Assembly (NCBI GenBank): GCA_964016885.1
Contig: OZ024749.1
Coordinates: forward strand, 11,470,001-11,534,000
Direction: 5' to 3'
Source of the DNA: Eledone cirrhosa
Taxonomy: Eukaryota
Length of the DNA: 64,000 nt
Program-made: the position numbers and the translations under genes
Shown here: positions 63,006-64,000 of the stretch, in pieces
How positions within the stretch are numbered: position 1 is the first letter of the stretch
Layout: each line of letters begins with the position of its first letter
Notes under the pieces: model-generated
What the model saw: the letters and a program-made list of their open reading frames with translations, nothing else
Databases searched by the model: none
Told to the model about the DNA's origin: nothing

Positions 63006-64000
63006 ATTTATTATTTACTATTTATGAGCAAGCCAAACATTTATTAACTCTTTAACATCATGTAAAGATTTAATAGTAAATATCTAAAAACAGTTTTGTT
63101 AATTTAAATGTCAGTAGTATCTTTATCTTTACTAGTGGACAGATTGTTGTGAAAATTTGCAGTATAAGAGTAAAGACTTATTTAATGTGATGCACTTATA
63201 GTGCTGTTTTATACTTCTCAAAAATGTCTTGTTAATGCGGTTTTATGTGGCACAAGATGTTAACTGTTAATGTATGCTTCACCAAATTCCTTTGAAAGTG
63301 ACATCAAAATCAAACACTATAGAAGAATTTAACTACTGATTTTCATTTGTGCTGGTGTCTCAAGATGCTTTCATATTTACTATCACAAGGCGCAGAAAGA
63401 AATGTTTTAAGTGTTTATAACATTAGCATCAACAAACTCAGTTGCAAACATTTCTTTACTTGTCACAAGGGCTAAAAACACCCAACATCATTACATCACT
63501 CCAATTTTATCTACAATTTATAGGTATGGCTGTGGTTAAGGAGTTCACTTCTGCAGTTTCCATCTACCAAATTCCCATCAAAAGGCATTCGTCAACCCTG
63601 GACTTTAGTATCTCAAGGTACCACGTAGTAGAACTGAACCCAGCGCCATCTTGTTGCTAAGCAAACTCCTTAATCACAGTCACGTTTGTGCCTATTCATT
63701 GGAAATATTTTGATTTTATTTTTTTAATATTTTATATCCAAATAATGGATGACTCCATGATTCAGGAAGCTGGAAATATGAACTGTGTGGAAATTTCAGC
63801 ATCTATGTTTATTTTATTTTATAATCTAATCAATGTTAATGAAACTTTCAGATTTAGCAAATGCATTTTTCATTTAAAAAATTCTATTGCCACATCTGGT
63901 GTTATATAATTAACCCTTTAGCATTTTACATTTCTTTATATTTACTATTGTATTTTCATGGTAAACACTTTATCTCTTATAATCTCAAATCTATGAGATT

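Noticed and set aside
60516-64000. UBE3C exon 11
   Set aside because: I found no phase-2 exon with recognisable similarity; it probably lies beyond the window.

Overview
Eukaryotic genomic DNA: AT-rich, microsatellite- and retroelement-dense, and most consistent with an octopus/cephalopod genome (inferred from the repeat landscape only). The window holds the first ten coding exons of a + strand UBE3C-like HECT E3 ubiquitin ligase gene (ATG at 353; N-terminal IQ motif; the HECT domain lies beyond the window). I assembled the exons by hand from GT/AG sites, continuous reading phase and recalled similarity to UBE3C. The introns contain many RTE-clade LINE copies with a PHD-like finger, CRE-like RT and restriction-like endonuclease fragments, two tRNA-SINE families, Helitron and hAT/piggyBac-like MITEs, and large tandem arrays (about 23 kb in total). 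The most unusual feature is the 3' splice site of exon 8, which is tandemly amplified 41 times. Each 48-bp unit carries a branch-point-like CTGAT, a pyrimidine tract and CAG, and the array is open and in frame with the exon. Other observations: minimal type I hammerhead ribozyme motifs, long foldback structures, satellites derived from SINE heads, LINE tails and MITE ends, and arrays sitting next to exon borders. Nearly all ORFs in the supplied track that fall in tandem arrays are artefacts.
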